From the NCBI GenBank assembly GCA_049510745.1, contig JBEKYR010000007.1, positions 96,001 to 160,000 of the forward strand: 64,000 nucleotides of DNA. Reading direction: 5' to 3'. Shown piece after piece: positions 41,063-50,385 of this stretch. The stretch is from Verrucomicrobiota bacterium (GTDB lineage Bacteria; Verrucomicrobiota; Verrucomicrobiia; Limisphaerales; Palsa-1400). The translations under genes were made by a program, and so were the position numbers. The notes under the pieces were generated by a model, which saw nothing but the letters and a program-made list of their open reading frames with translations, was not told the DNA's origin and ran no database searches. Positions within the stretch are counted from its first letter, which is position 1, and the number at the start of each line of letters is the position of its first letter.

Positions 41063-41479
41063 TCAGTTGGCAATCACTTCGACGCTTGAGCCTTTTATGC
41101 CTGTATCCAGCGTGACCAGTCTGCTGTTGTCCCGATTCTCGGCCAGGGTGGCCAGATAGGCGTCCGTCAGTTGATTGGGGCCAGGATTGCGCTTCAGGCT
41201 CCCCGAGAGAATCGAAAAATCATCCATCCAAAACGAATGTTCGAAGTCCTTGTGATTCACCAAGCTGGAAAGAAGCGATCGCGCGCTTTCAAAATCAGCC
41301 GCGTAGCCCTTTATATTCATTGAAATGCGCAAAAATCCAAGCTGTGTGAGGGGGCACGTCGCGATGGAAAGTTTGCCGCGCGCCGTTTGGGCAAGCAGCC
41401 AACGCTTCACTCTGGCGTGATGCACGTGTTGCGGCCAGGCGATGGCCAGCAGCACGTTAATGTCCAGCAGCCGGGTCAT
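41063..41479 (-). CDS. vapC: PIN-domain VapC-family toxin
   Basis: LLDINVLLA..HVHH..TQLGFLRI..LTDAYL..LVTLD. Confidence 0.85.
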   Translation of the reverse strand: MTRLLDINVLLAIAWPQHVHHARVKRWLLAQTARGKLSIATCPLTQLGFLRISMNIKGYAADFESARSLLSSLVNHKDFEHSFWMDDFSILSGSLKRNPGPNQLTDAYLATLAENRDNSRLVTLDTGIKGSSVEVIAN

Positions 41480-41739
41480 GGGAAGTCGGACAATTGCTGC
41501 TTGACCCATTCATCCGTAATGGGAGGCGCGTCCTTTGGGACTGCGAAATGAGGCAGCCCCGTCGCTTTGTCAAATGTGATCTTGAGAGGCCGGCGCTCCG
41601 GCTGTCCCAGTTTCCTCAACTGGACGATTTGACCCTCCAGCGAGATTTCGATTTTGTCGCCCGGATCGATTCCGGCTCGATCTCGAATTCCCTTGGGCAC
41701 CACAATTTGGCCTTTGGTGGACATGGTCGTCACGCTCAT
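41476..41739 (-). CDS. AbrB/MazE-family antitoxin
   Basis: MSTKGQIVVPKGIRDRAGIDPGD; ATGA overlap with the toxin. Confidence 0.87.
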   Translation of the reverse strand: MSVTTMSTKGQIVVPKGIRDRAGIDPGDKIEISLEGQIVQLRKLGQPERRPLKITFDKATGLPHFAVPKDAPPITDEWVKQQLSDFP

Positions 41740-41740
41740 C

Positions 41741-41774
41741 CGGTAAGACTACTCTTACCGCGCGCTTCTGTCAA
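41741..41774 (-). promoter_or_regulatory. TA promoter with overlapping palindromic operator
   Basis: Minus strand TTGACA-17 bp-TAGTCT; inverted repeat CGGTAAGA-ctac-TCTTACCG at 41741-41760. Confidence 0.7.
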
Positions 41775-42034
41775 TCCCCGCGACATCTCCGCGGCTTTGC
41801 CCTTTTCAAGCAGGGAGCGATCTCCACAAACAGGGCGCGATCTCTAAAACATACTGTCATATGACAGCATGGCAGATCAGCAATCGCGGTTCTTCCGGTT
41901 CTCTGTCCAATACTCTTTTCTCTGCGCTCTTTGTTCTCTGCTCTTTGCGCTAGAGTGGCGCCTGCCGGTTTTCGGATAAACCGGCTTTCATCCGCAGTGC
42001 GGGTGCGCTACGCTCGTCGGCGCACAGCGCGACC

Positions 42035-44029
42035 ATGTCTGATCGGACTCCAAAATGGCTGGCCGCCGGCCGCCCCGGATGGACGGTCGCAGTCCTGCTG
42101 CTCTGCCTCCTGTTTCTGCCGGCGCACGCGCAACCGACCAACCGCCAGATGCGCTTGCGCGTCGTGGACGCTGATACCGGACAGCCGTTGGCCGGCGTCA
42201 AAGTGCGGATGTGGGTCAGGACGAATCTGGTCACGGACGACACGGGCGCTTGCTCCTTTCCGTTGCCCAATCCCGGCGCCGGGAGCTTTTCCTATCGTAT
42301 CACCCTCAGCAAGGAGGGCTGCGTGGGCAAATACATCACCTGGTCCAGCGCCCAGCATGACCGGGTCGAGGATATGCCCGCCGAATACACCGCCAATCTG
42401 GAGAAAGGCGTCATTCTCGGCGGCTTTGTCAAGAATGAAATGGGCGAGCCGGTCCCGGGTGCGCGGATCATCTTTTCCGGCCCGCCTCCCGCCACCGAGG
42501 GCGAGCGGGAACGCACCGTCGTCGCCCCCAATTACCACGCCGAACGGACCGACGCCGACGGCCACTGGCAATTCTCCGAAGTGCCAAAGGATTTCCGCAA
42601 CCTGATCTTCCGCGTCATTCAAGGCGAATACGTCCCGGCCATTTTCACCTGCGAGCAGGCGGGACTGCCCGACGACGTCATCGGTTTGCCGGAGAAGGAT
42701 TTTCTGGCGGGGACCGCCGCGATGATTTTGGGGCATGGGATCGAACTGGCGGGGCTGGTGGTCGATGCCTCAGCCAAACCGGTGCCCGAAGTGTCGATTA
42801 CGCGCAATCACGAATGGCGCAACCCGGCCGCCACCCTGGCCACGGATGCCGCGGGCCGTTTTAAGATCGTCAACTTGCGTCCCGGCGAGTTGATCCTCAC
42901 TTTCCAGGCCAGGGGGCTGACGGCGCAAACCCAGCAACTGACCTTGAGCAATGCCATGCCCGATCTGAAAATCGCAATGAAGCCGGCCCAGCCTCTCTTG
43001 GGCAAAGTCGTGGATGACACCGGCAAACCGCTCGCCGGCGCCAGCGTGCAAATGGACCGCCTGGACCTCGGCCCGCTGGAGTACGACTGGGGCACGACCA
43101 CCGACAGCGAGGGCCGTTTCCTCTGGGACGCCGCTCCCGAAGGCGGCCATCCCTACTATTTCTCCGCCGCCGGCTGCCACCCCCGCTCCGAGCCGTTCCT
43201 CATCGCCGACGGCCGCGAAAAGATCATCACCCTGCGCCGCGCGCGGGACGGGGACAAAACTATGGTTGACGGCAGGGTTGTGGAGGCCGTTTCAAAAGCG
43301 CCGCTCAAAGAGTTCACCGTCAACATTGCGGAGTTCAAGGACGGGGCCGTCTCCCGTTTTCAAAAAACGGTTTCGGACACCAACGGCAGCTACTCCGTGG
43401 CCGTCGATCCGTCCGCCGCCGCCTTCGCCATCCAGATCGAGGCCCCGGCCTTTGTGCCCAATGCCGCCAACCGGAAATCGCCCAGGGATGGCGACGTGCG
43501 GCTCGATTTTGAAATGGAAACCCTCTCCACCAACATCGCCGCCCCGGAAGGCGGCGCGGGCAAAACTCCGATGGAATTTGACCTTCCGCCCAAAAAGGTC
43601 CTCAAACCGGGCGATCTGGCGCCGGCGTTCGAGGTCAAGACCGTGGATGGACAGCCCTTGCGGCTGGCGGATTTCCGGGGCAAATACGTCCTGCTCGATT
43701 TCTGGGCCACCTGGTGCGGGCCGTGCGTCGGCGAAACCCCGCATCTTAAAGCCGCCTTCGCCGCTTACGGCGCCGATCCGCGCTTCGCCATCATCGGCCT
43801 GAGCCTGGACAGCGCCGCCGCCGCGCCCAAGGATTACGCGCGCAAAAACGAAATCAAATGGACGCAAGGCTTCCTCGGCGTATGGTCGCAATCGGCTGTG
43901 ACGTCCTTGTATGGTGTTGACGGCATCCCCGCGATCTTTCTGATTGGGCCGGACGGAAAAATCATCGCCTGCGACCTGCGCGGCGAAGAAATAAGCGCCG
44001 CTGTGGGCCGGGCGCTGGGGAGTCGATAA
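42035..44029 (+). CDS. Secreted protein with carboxypeptidase-regulatory-like repeats and C-terminal TlpA/redoxin domain
   Basis: G.VVD..G.P..GA..TD..G.F repeats; LLDFWATWCGPC; GIPAIFLIGPDG. Confidence 0.85.
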   Translation: MSDRTPKWLAAGRPGWTVAVLLLCLLFLPAHAQPTNRQMRLRVVDADTGQPLAGVKVRMWVRTNLVTDDTGACSFPLPNPGAGSFSYRITLSKEGCVGKYITWSSAQHDRVEDMPAEYTANLEKGVILGGFVKNEMGEPVPGARIIFSGPPPATEGERERTVVAPNYHAERTDADGHWQFSEVPKDFRNLIFRVIQGEYVPAIFTCEQAGLPDDVIGLPEKDFLAGTAAMILGHGIELAGLVVDASAKPVPEVSITRNHEWRNPAATLATDAAGRFKIVNLRPGELILTFQARGLTAQTQQLTLSNAMPDLKIAMKPAQPLLGKVVDDTGKPLAGASVQMDRLDLGPLEYDWGTTTDSEGRFLWDAAPEGGHPYYFSAAGCHPRSEPFLIADGREKIITLRRARDGDKTMVDGRVVEAVSKAPLKEFTVNIAEFKDGAVSRFQKTVSDTNGSYSVAVDPSAAAFAIQIEAPAFVPNAANRKSPRDGDVRLDFEMETLSTNIAAPEGGAGKTPMEFDLPPKKVLKPGDLAPAFEVKTVDGQPLRLADFRGKYVLLDFWATWCGPCVGETPHLKAAFAAYGADPRFAIIGLSLDSAAAAPKDYARKNEIKWTQGFLGVWSQSAVTSLYGVDGIPAIFLIGPDGKIIACDLRGEEISAAVGRALGSR

Positions 44030-44059
44030 ACGCGAATGCTTTAGGGACCTTGGAGCGCC

Positions 44060-44109
44060 GGAATTGAAAATTGCAAATTGAGAATTTTCAGTTGGCATTT
44101 TTCAATTCC
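44060..44109. repeat. AT-rich imperfect palindrome of 7-bp periodic units
   Basis: GGAATTGAAAATTGCAAATTGAGAA / TTTTCAGTTGGCATTTTTCAATTCC. Confidence 0.65.
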
Positions 44110-44278
44110 CTTCCGCTTCACGCCTGGGGGCATCGGCTTCGTCATACTGGGTCAACTTCCCCTATGACCCAATGCCTGCCAAGTCAATCTACAGTTGACA
44201 AGAATTCAAGGGCGGCCCGCTCCCAAAAGAGCTTGACACGAGGCACGCCAGGCCGATAGTGAATCGGATTGGAGAACC

Positions 44279-46468
44279 ATGAACACGATCTGCGTTTCCT
44301 GGATCGGTCGGTCGCGAGCACTTCTGTTTGGCATCGCCCTATTTGGCTTGGTCGGGCCGGGCTTTCGACTCGGGATGGCGGCCGTCTTAACCCATCAGTA
44401 TTCTTTTGATACTGGTGTGAATGACGGGATTGGAGGAGCCAACGGGATTCTAACGGGCAATGCAGTCCTTACCAATGGCGCCTTGAGCCTGGACGGCACG
44501 AACAGCAGCTTGCTGTTGCCAAATGACCTGTTCACAAACTACGATTCCATCAGCTTTGAGATCTGGTTCGTTGATCGGCCGCTCAACAAGACCAGCGCGT
44601 TGCTCTATTATTTCGCCGGGCCGCAGGGCGGGATGAGTAACAACCTCGGCGGGCAAGCCTCTTTCTTCCTCGGCGCAACCACGGATTCCGTCAACTTGAA
44701 GTTTCCGGCGGTTGGTCGGACGAACCATCTGGTTTGGACACAAGACAGCAGCTCGAATACCGCGCGGCTCTACGTCAACGGCTGCCTGGCCGCCGAAAAC
44801 ACCAATTTCACCTTGACTCCGGCCATGATCGGCTCGACCACAACAAACCGGCTGGGAAGCATGGGCGCCGTTTCGACCTCTTCGAGTTTTAGAGGAAACA
44901 TCCTGGCTTTCCGAACCTATCAAGGCGCGCTCACGCCGCTGGAGGTTGCTTTGACTGACAGCCTCGGGGCCGATCACGCTCTGACCGATCCCGGCGCCCT
45001 TCAGGACGTGCGCCTCCTCCTCACGTCCCCGACCGGGCCGGGGGCCATCTTCCGGACCGCGGTCTTTGCCGATTTCGCGAACGCCACGAATGTGGATGTG
45101 AGCACGCAACCCGAGTTGATGCTCTCCTCGGACAACACAAATGCGGTGGCCATTGCGCCTGACCAGCGATTGCAAACCGTTGGGCTGGGAACAGCAAACG
45201 TTACGGCCAGCTACCTGGGCTTTTCCAACACCGTTGCTCTCCTGGTCAGCGCGCCCGAAGACGTGACGCTCATTCATCGATATAGTTTTGGCGAGGCGGC
45301 CAATGATTGGATCGTCCATGATTCGGTGGGCCAGTCGCATGGCCGGCTTTTGGGATCGTTTCCTCCTCCGAAGGGCTTTACCGGCAAAGGCGAGCTATCG
45401 CTTCCCGGCACCACATTTTCTTTCCAGTCAGGCGCTTATGTGGCATTGCCCGACGGTATCATCTCCGGTTTGAGTGAAGTGTCGATCGAAGCTTGGGTGA
45501 CATGGACGCTCCGATCTCTCTGGCCGTGGCAAAGGATCTTCGACTTTGGGGATGGGCCTACTTACTTCTTCCTCACGACCGAGGCCAATACCTACCTTCC
45601 CGGCACCAACCACGTGGCGCGCGCCACCATCAGCACCTATTACGAAGGTGCTGAATCACCGCGATTGAATTGGACGAATATCCTCCCGCTCAACGTCACC
45701 TCGTACGTGGCGGTCACTTACAGCCCCGTTCGCGGAGTCGCGAAGTTTTACCTCAACGGCCAGCCGGTCGCTTCCGCCACGGCTTCGATCTTCCTGTCCG
45801 CAATCGTCGATACCAACGACTGGCTGGGAAGATCGCAATACCTGGGAGATAACTATTTTGGCGGCCGCTACGACGAATTCCGCATTTACCGCGGTCTGCT
45901 GCAGGACTCGGACGTCGCGCAAGATTACACCGCAGGCCCGAATGGGACCGCGCTGCCCTGGCCCGGTCCCCAGGTCTCAACTTTGCCCGCCGCCGCCGTG
46001 GCCGCCACCACCGCAACGTTGTCCGGATCGGCCAGGCCGAACGGACTTCCCACAACCGTATTCTTTCAGTACGGCACAACCACAAACTATGGCGCCACCA
46101 TTCCGCCGCTCGATATTGGCGAAGGCTCCGCATTGGCTCCGGTCTCCATTTCCGTTGCAGGCTTGGCCCCACAAACGCTCTATCATTTTCGCTGTGTGGC
46201 GGCCAATTCAGCCGCGACTAGCTACGGCGGCGATTTCTCGTTCACCACCGGCTTCAACATCACAAACTACGGACCGCAAAGCGGCGGCGGATTTTTCGTT
46301 CAATTCAGTGCCGTCGCCGGCACAACCTACACCCTCCAATCCTCGACCGATCTTGTCACCTGGTCGAACCTCGCGGCCACTAATGCCGTCGCCGCCGGCA
46401 GTTGCCAGCTTGTCGATAGTGCCGCGGCACCCTCCACCTCGCGCTACTACCGTTTGCAGGCGCCTTAG
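44279..46468 (+). CDS. Secreted protein with two LamG-like jellyroll domains, Ig/FN3-like domains and C-terminal sorting-like domain
   Basis: LTHQYSFD and LIHRYSF starts, WQRIFDFG, YDEFRIY; VFFQYGTTTNYG..YHFR; YTLQSSTDL..W..YYRL. Confidence 0.8.
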   Translation: MNTICVSWIGRSRALLFGIALFGLVGPGFRLGMAAVLTHQYSFDTGVNDGIGGANGILTGNAVLTNGALSLDGTNSSLLLPNDLFTNYDSISFEIWFVDRPLNKTSALLYYFAGPQGGMSNNLGGQASFFLGATTDSVNLKFPAVGRTNHLVWTQDSSSNTARLYVNGCLAAENTNFTLTPAMIGSTTTNRLGSMGAVSTSSSFRGNILAFRTYQGALTPLEVALTDSLGADHALTDPGALQDVRLLLTSPTGPGAIFRTAVFADFANATNVDVSTQPELMLSSDNTNAVAIAPDQRLQTVGLGTANVTASYLGFSNTVALLVSAPEDVTLIHRYSFGEAANDWIVHDSVGQSHGRLLGSFPPPKGFTGKGELSLPGTTFSFQSGAYVALPDGIISGLSEVSIEAWVTWTLRSLWPWQRIFDFGDGPTYFFLTTEANTYLPGTNHVARATISTYYEGAESPRLNWTNILPLNVTSYVAVTYSPVRGVAKFYLNGQPVASATASIFLSAIVDTNDWLGRSQYLGDNYFGGRYDEFRIYRGLLQDSDVAQDYTAGPNGTALPWPGPQVSTLPAAAVAATTATLSGSARPNGLPTTVFFQYGTTTNYGATIPPLDIGEGSALAPVSISVAGLAPQTLYHFRCVAANSAATSYGGDFSFTTGFNITNYGPQSGGGFFVQFSAVAGTTYTLQSSTDLVTWSNLAATNAVAAGSCQLVDSAAAPSTSRYYRLQAP

Positions 46469-46674
46469 CGCTTCTACCCTGCCGCGAACGGCCGGAAAAA
46501 CCGCTTAAGCCCCCGCCAGTTTCCCGCTGAGCATCGGCCCCGTTTGCTGTTTTCTTGAGGATTGGAATTGGGACCGTATCCGCGATGAGATCTTCATCTG
46601 ATTGGCCACGGCGGCCCAATTGAAAGGCCCTCGAATTCATGACGCGCGGTTAACGGCGCACGAGAGGATTTTTT

Positions 46675-47421
46675 TTATTGCCCGGATTGACCGACCGTCG
46701 GCGACGAAATGACGTGTTTCGCTTCCCAAGACTGGAGGTTGTCATCGGATCCGACTATTTGTCCGATTCCGCCCATCATGCCATACACTCTCATCATTCT
46801 TCCGTCCGGGCCTGGCCAGGGCTGTTGCTCACGAACCACAGCCACTGATCCCCACGGAATGCCCTGTAAGTTGTCCAATGATCCAGAGTAAACAATCTCA
46901 AATTGATTGCTTCCAGACAACGTCCTGTTTTCTTTGGCCAGGTAAGGAGCAAGTTGATCGAGGTTCGAAGGGGATTGGTTCTGATGATCCATAGCATAGT
47001 TTTGAAATGCCCCCGCAAGATCCCGCGCTTCCGTTGGTTTACTGCCCGCCATTTGGTGCAATTGTTCGTAATATTCCGGCGTGTGTGAGGCCGGACTCGA
47101 TGCGGGCTGCGATGGCCGCGACTCATGGCTCTTTCCCCATTGCCGGCCAAGGTCATTCGTTTGCTTTTTAAGCGCCTCGGCCGCACGGCGAAGTTTCGCC
47201 AGTTCAGCCGTGTGGTCCTCCGGAGGCGCGCTCTGGGCTTGGGCGACCAGATTTGAGAGACGTTGGTGTTCCGCAGTCAATGCGGCCAGTTGTTGGTCTT
47301 GCTGCCGCATCAAGGCGTCGCGCTCGCGGAATTTCACCTGGGATTTATACTGAATAACCAGCGCTGCCGCCACTCCGGCGAGGGCGATGCTGGCGAGGGA
47401 AATAATTCTCAATTTTGTCAT
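46675..47421 (-). CDS. Hypothetical membrane-anchored coiled-coil protein resembling the C-terminal extension of verrucomicrobial ECF sigma factors
   Basis: MTKL..TM..coiled coil (AELAKLRR); YAMDHQNQSPSNLDQLAPYL. Confidence 0.6.
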   Translation of the reverse strand: MTKLRIISLASIALAGVAAALVIQYKSQVKFRERDALMRQQDQQLAALTAEHQRLSNLVAQAQSAPPEDHTAELAKLRRAAEALKKQTNDLGRQWGKSHESRPSQPASSPASHTPEYYEQLHQMAGSKPTEARDLAGAFQNYAMDHQNQSPSNLDQLAPYLAKENRTLSGSNQFEIVYSGSLDNLQGIPWGSVAVVREQQPWPGPDGRMMRVYGMMGGIGQIVGSDDNLQSWEAKHVISSPTVGQSGQ

Positions 47422-47450
47422 AGGCGGAAAGGTTGGGACATTGGAAATAA

Positions 47451-48635
47451 TTAATGGGCCAACGTCCACCGGTTGGTGACTCTTTCATCGGCCAGGCGCA
47501 TGTTGGTCAGGCCATAGGCCATGCGCGAATCCAGCGCTGGATTTGCCGCGGCTCTCTGGGTGATCACCCAATCGCCACCGGGCTGCAACTCGCTGACCAG
47601 GCTGCTCGCGGGCAGGATTTCGTAACGCTGCAGGATCGCACCATCAATCGGTGATGAGAAATACGGATTGAGTTGCGAAAGATCAGTGGGAAATTGCCCG
47701 TTGTTCTCCTGGACATACTTTCGCAATGCCGAAGACAAAATGTCGAACACCTGGATTTCTGCGTTCGCCCTGAGATTGCTTGCGGCTCGCGCAAAATCAT
47801 CGTCCGTAGCGAGGTTTTCGACGGCGCCGAGCCAAGTCTTTTCGATGAAAGGCGACTGCCAGGGCGATCGAGGCGCAATGCGGACTTCCTCCAGGCCCAA
47901 AACTCGGGCACGGTTCTGGAATTCCAAGCCGTAAATGCCATTGCGGTCGCGCAACAGGTACTTCGGCGGCGAGGTAAATGCGAAAGCTTCTCGGAGTTGT
48001 TGGGCCGTCCAAACCGCCGAAGGACTCTCCACAACATTGAAATGCAGCACCCGTCGGCGATGATGGCAAAGGACCAGGAAAACGTAGAGCACCTTAAAGT
48101 GGATGGTGGGAACGGTGAGGAAAGCGACCGAAACCATGTTGCCACAGTGATTGCGCAGGAAAGCTTTCCAGTTGTGAGGAGAGGGACGCCGGGTGCGTGG
48201 GACCATATAGTTGGCGACGGTTCGTTGCGCCAGGTTGATGCCGAGCTTGAGCAACTCGCCGTAAATTCTGGGAGCACCCCATAATGGATTGGCGCGATTT
48301 ATTTCCCGAATCAAAGTGATGATGGCAGGGGCGACGATTTTCCGACCGGTTTTTCGCGGACGGCTTTTCCATCGCCAGAAGAGCTGAAACCCTGCTCGAT
48401 GCCATCGGATGACGGTGCCGGGTTGAGCCGGGCAGAGCCGGGTTTTCCAACCATCCCAAGCCTGCGAGAGCCGCGCCCACAGGGCCCGGTCGATTGGAGT
48501 AAGCCGTGGTCGGTTGGAACTCCGGCGCAGGACCAGCAGTTGGTGGCGCAGAGCCAGGTTCTCCAGCAATAAGTTCCGGCGGGATTTCAGTCCGGCCACG
48601 CCCAGACGGATCAGAAGAATTAGCCAACAGATCAT
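47451..48635 (-). pseudogene. Truncated rve/integrase-core IS transposase fused in frame (at about 47840) to the 3' remnant of a host gene
   Basis: ENLALRHQL, WGAPRIYGELLKLG, YLLRDRNGIYG, APRSPWQ; first catalytic Asp appears replaced (VSVAFLTV); sequence after IEK is unrelated to transposases. Confidence 0.8.
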
Positions 48636-48688
48636 GCGGCAGAGGATTCCGGGAAATGTCTTGGAAGCCTAGCGTTTTCAGAAGGGAT

Positions 48689-48722
48689 GGAGTTTTTGCC
48701 AACGCCCGGTAGCGAAAACCCC
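48689..48722. mobile_element. Abutted IS-like terminal inverted repeats
   Basis: GGAGTTTTTGCCAACG-cc-CGGTAGCGAAAACCCC (12/16 complementary) just upstream of the transposase. Confidence 0.45.
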
Positions 48723-48744
48723 AAAAATCCTGCGCAAGCGCTGA

Positions 48745-50337
48745 TCAATCGACCTTCTCGAAATAGCAAAGATCGCCATAATCGACCGGCAATGAGAACT
48801 TGCCGGGGCCTGCGTAGTGCTTTCCGTCGAAAGCCTTCCATTGGCCGGCGGGAAGGATCACCTCACGCGAGCGGGCGCCTTTTTCCAAGACCGGCGCGAC
48901 GAGGATCTGATCGCCCATAAAGAACTGATCGTTGACCCGTTCGTAGCCTTGATGCGGGAAAACATACTCCATCGGCCGAACCGCAGGCTCGCCGGTCGAA
49001 GCCGATTGACGCACCAGGCGGAGAATATAGTCGATGTGCGCCTGGCGGACCTGAATGGCTTTGAGGACCGCTTTGAGGTGCGGCGGGTCGAGGACGCGCC
49101 ACGGGGCCACCGAGAATTGCATCATCGGCATGAGGGCGTGGCATTGGGCGGAACGCACCACCAATTCCTGGTCTATGGTAGATGCCGATTGAAACGATTG
49201 GTATTCGCCGCCGCCGATCATGTCAGGGCAGGAGAAAGGGTAGCCCATCAACCCCGCCAGGATCATGTTGGGAACGAGCTTGCGCAGATCGGTCCAGGAG
49301 TGGGCCTTGTCGCGCAGGCGCTCGGCCAGGGGCTGTCCGCCCATTTTCCACATGGCGCGATATTCGTTCAGTGGGTATTGGAGGCCAATCTTCCCATAAA
49401 GCTCGGATTGAGTATTTGGCGAGATGAGCCTGGAAGCGATCACACCCTTGTAGAAAGAGCTGTCGCCACCATCGAATTTGAAGCCATCGACTTGATAGGC
49501 CGATTGCAGATAGTCCAGGCGCGCACAAAACCAGGCCACCGCCTGCGGGTTCGAAAAGTCGAGCAAGGCGCTGTAGCCATTCCACCACTTGATGGAGGCA
49601 GCGGCGCCGGAAGGGTCCTTCAAGAGGAGGTTGCGCCTGGCCAGGTCTGGGTAAGCGTCGGAATTGGTGGCGACGAAAGGGCAAACCCACAGCATCACCT
49701 TGAAGCCACGCGCATGCAGGGTGTTGATCATTCCCTTGGGGTCGGGAAACTTTTCTCTTTTAAAATCCCATTGCCCGTAGTTCTGCTGCCAGTTGTCGTC
49801 AACCATCAGAACTCCGGGAGGAAACCCGTTCATCTCAAGGCCTTGGACGTATTTCAAGATGTCGGCCTGGTTTTGATTGTACATCAGTTCTATCCAGGTG
49901 TTGTATTGGGGCGCCAGAAATAACAGTTCGTCGGGCGCCTTGCCAGCCGGGGGAAAATAGGTCCGGCTGGCGTAGCGAAACGCGTCGCGCAAGGATGAGC
50001 CGGCCTTGGCTCTGTTGACCCGGCCGCCCTTGGATTGGACGACCAGCCCATTCGGGGACAACCGAATGGCTATGGCGTCTTCAGACCAGATGACGTCGCC
50101 CTCGCTGGACAAGAGCAAGGGTTGCCCTTGGTTTCCGTAGGTGTCGCCGCTCAGGTCTGCCTGGTAACCGCAGGCCAGCGGCATCTGGGAACCTTGATCA
50201 ATGATCCCTGCCCACCAGCAGGCCTGCGGCGAAACGGCTACCTCGACGCAACTCGTCTGGGTGGCCGGCAAGGGATCGGCCGGGGCCGGGGACGGCAGGA
50301 GCGCCAAGGCCAGCAGTGGAGACAGCCAGTCTTTCAT
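48745..50337 (-). CDS. Secreted glycoside hydrolase family 31 (MYORG-like branch)
   Basis: PQYNTW, DDNWQ, KFPDPKGM, VDGFKFDGGD (nucleophile), RLRDK, PDMIGG, MQFSVAPW. Confidence 0.87.
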   Translation of the reverse strand: MKDWLSPLLALALLPSPAPADPLPATQTSCVEVAVSPQACWWAGIIDQGSQMPLACGYQADLSGDTYGNQGQPLLLSSEGDVIWSEDAIAIRLSPNGLVVQSKGGRVNRAKAGSSLRDAFRYASRTYFPPAGKAPDELLFLAPQYNTWIELMYNQNQADILKYVQGLEMNGFPPGVLMVDDNWQQNYGQWDFKREKFPDPKGMINTLHARGFKVMLWVCPFVATNSDAYPDLARRNLLLKDPSGAAASIKWWNGYSALLDFSNPQAVAWFCARLDYLQSAYQVDGFKFDGGDSSFYKGVIASRLISPNTQSELYGKIGLQYPLNEYRAMWKMGGQPLAERLRDKAHSWTDLRKLVPNMILAGLMGYPFSCPDMIGGGEYQSFQSASTIDQELVVRSAQCHALMPMMQFSVAPWRVLDPPHLKAVLKAIQVRQAHIDYILRLVRQSASTGEPAVRPMEYVFPHQGYERVNDQFFMGDQILVAPVLEKGARSREVILPAGQWKAFDGKHYAGPGKFSLPVDYGDLCYFEKVD

Positions 50338-50385
50338 TTGGAATGGGGGTGGGCGCCGGCCGGGCCGGCGCCCCAGCCAACTCAA

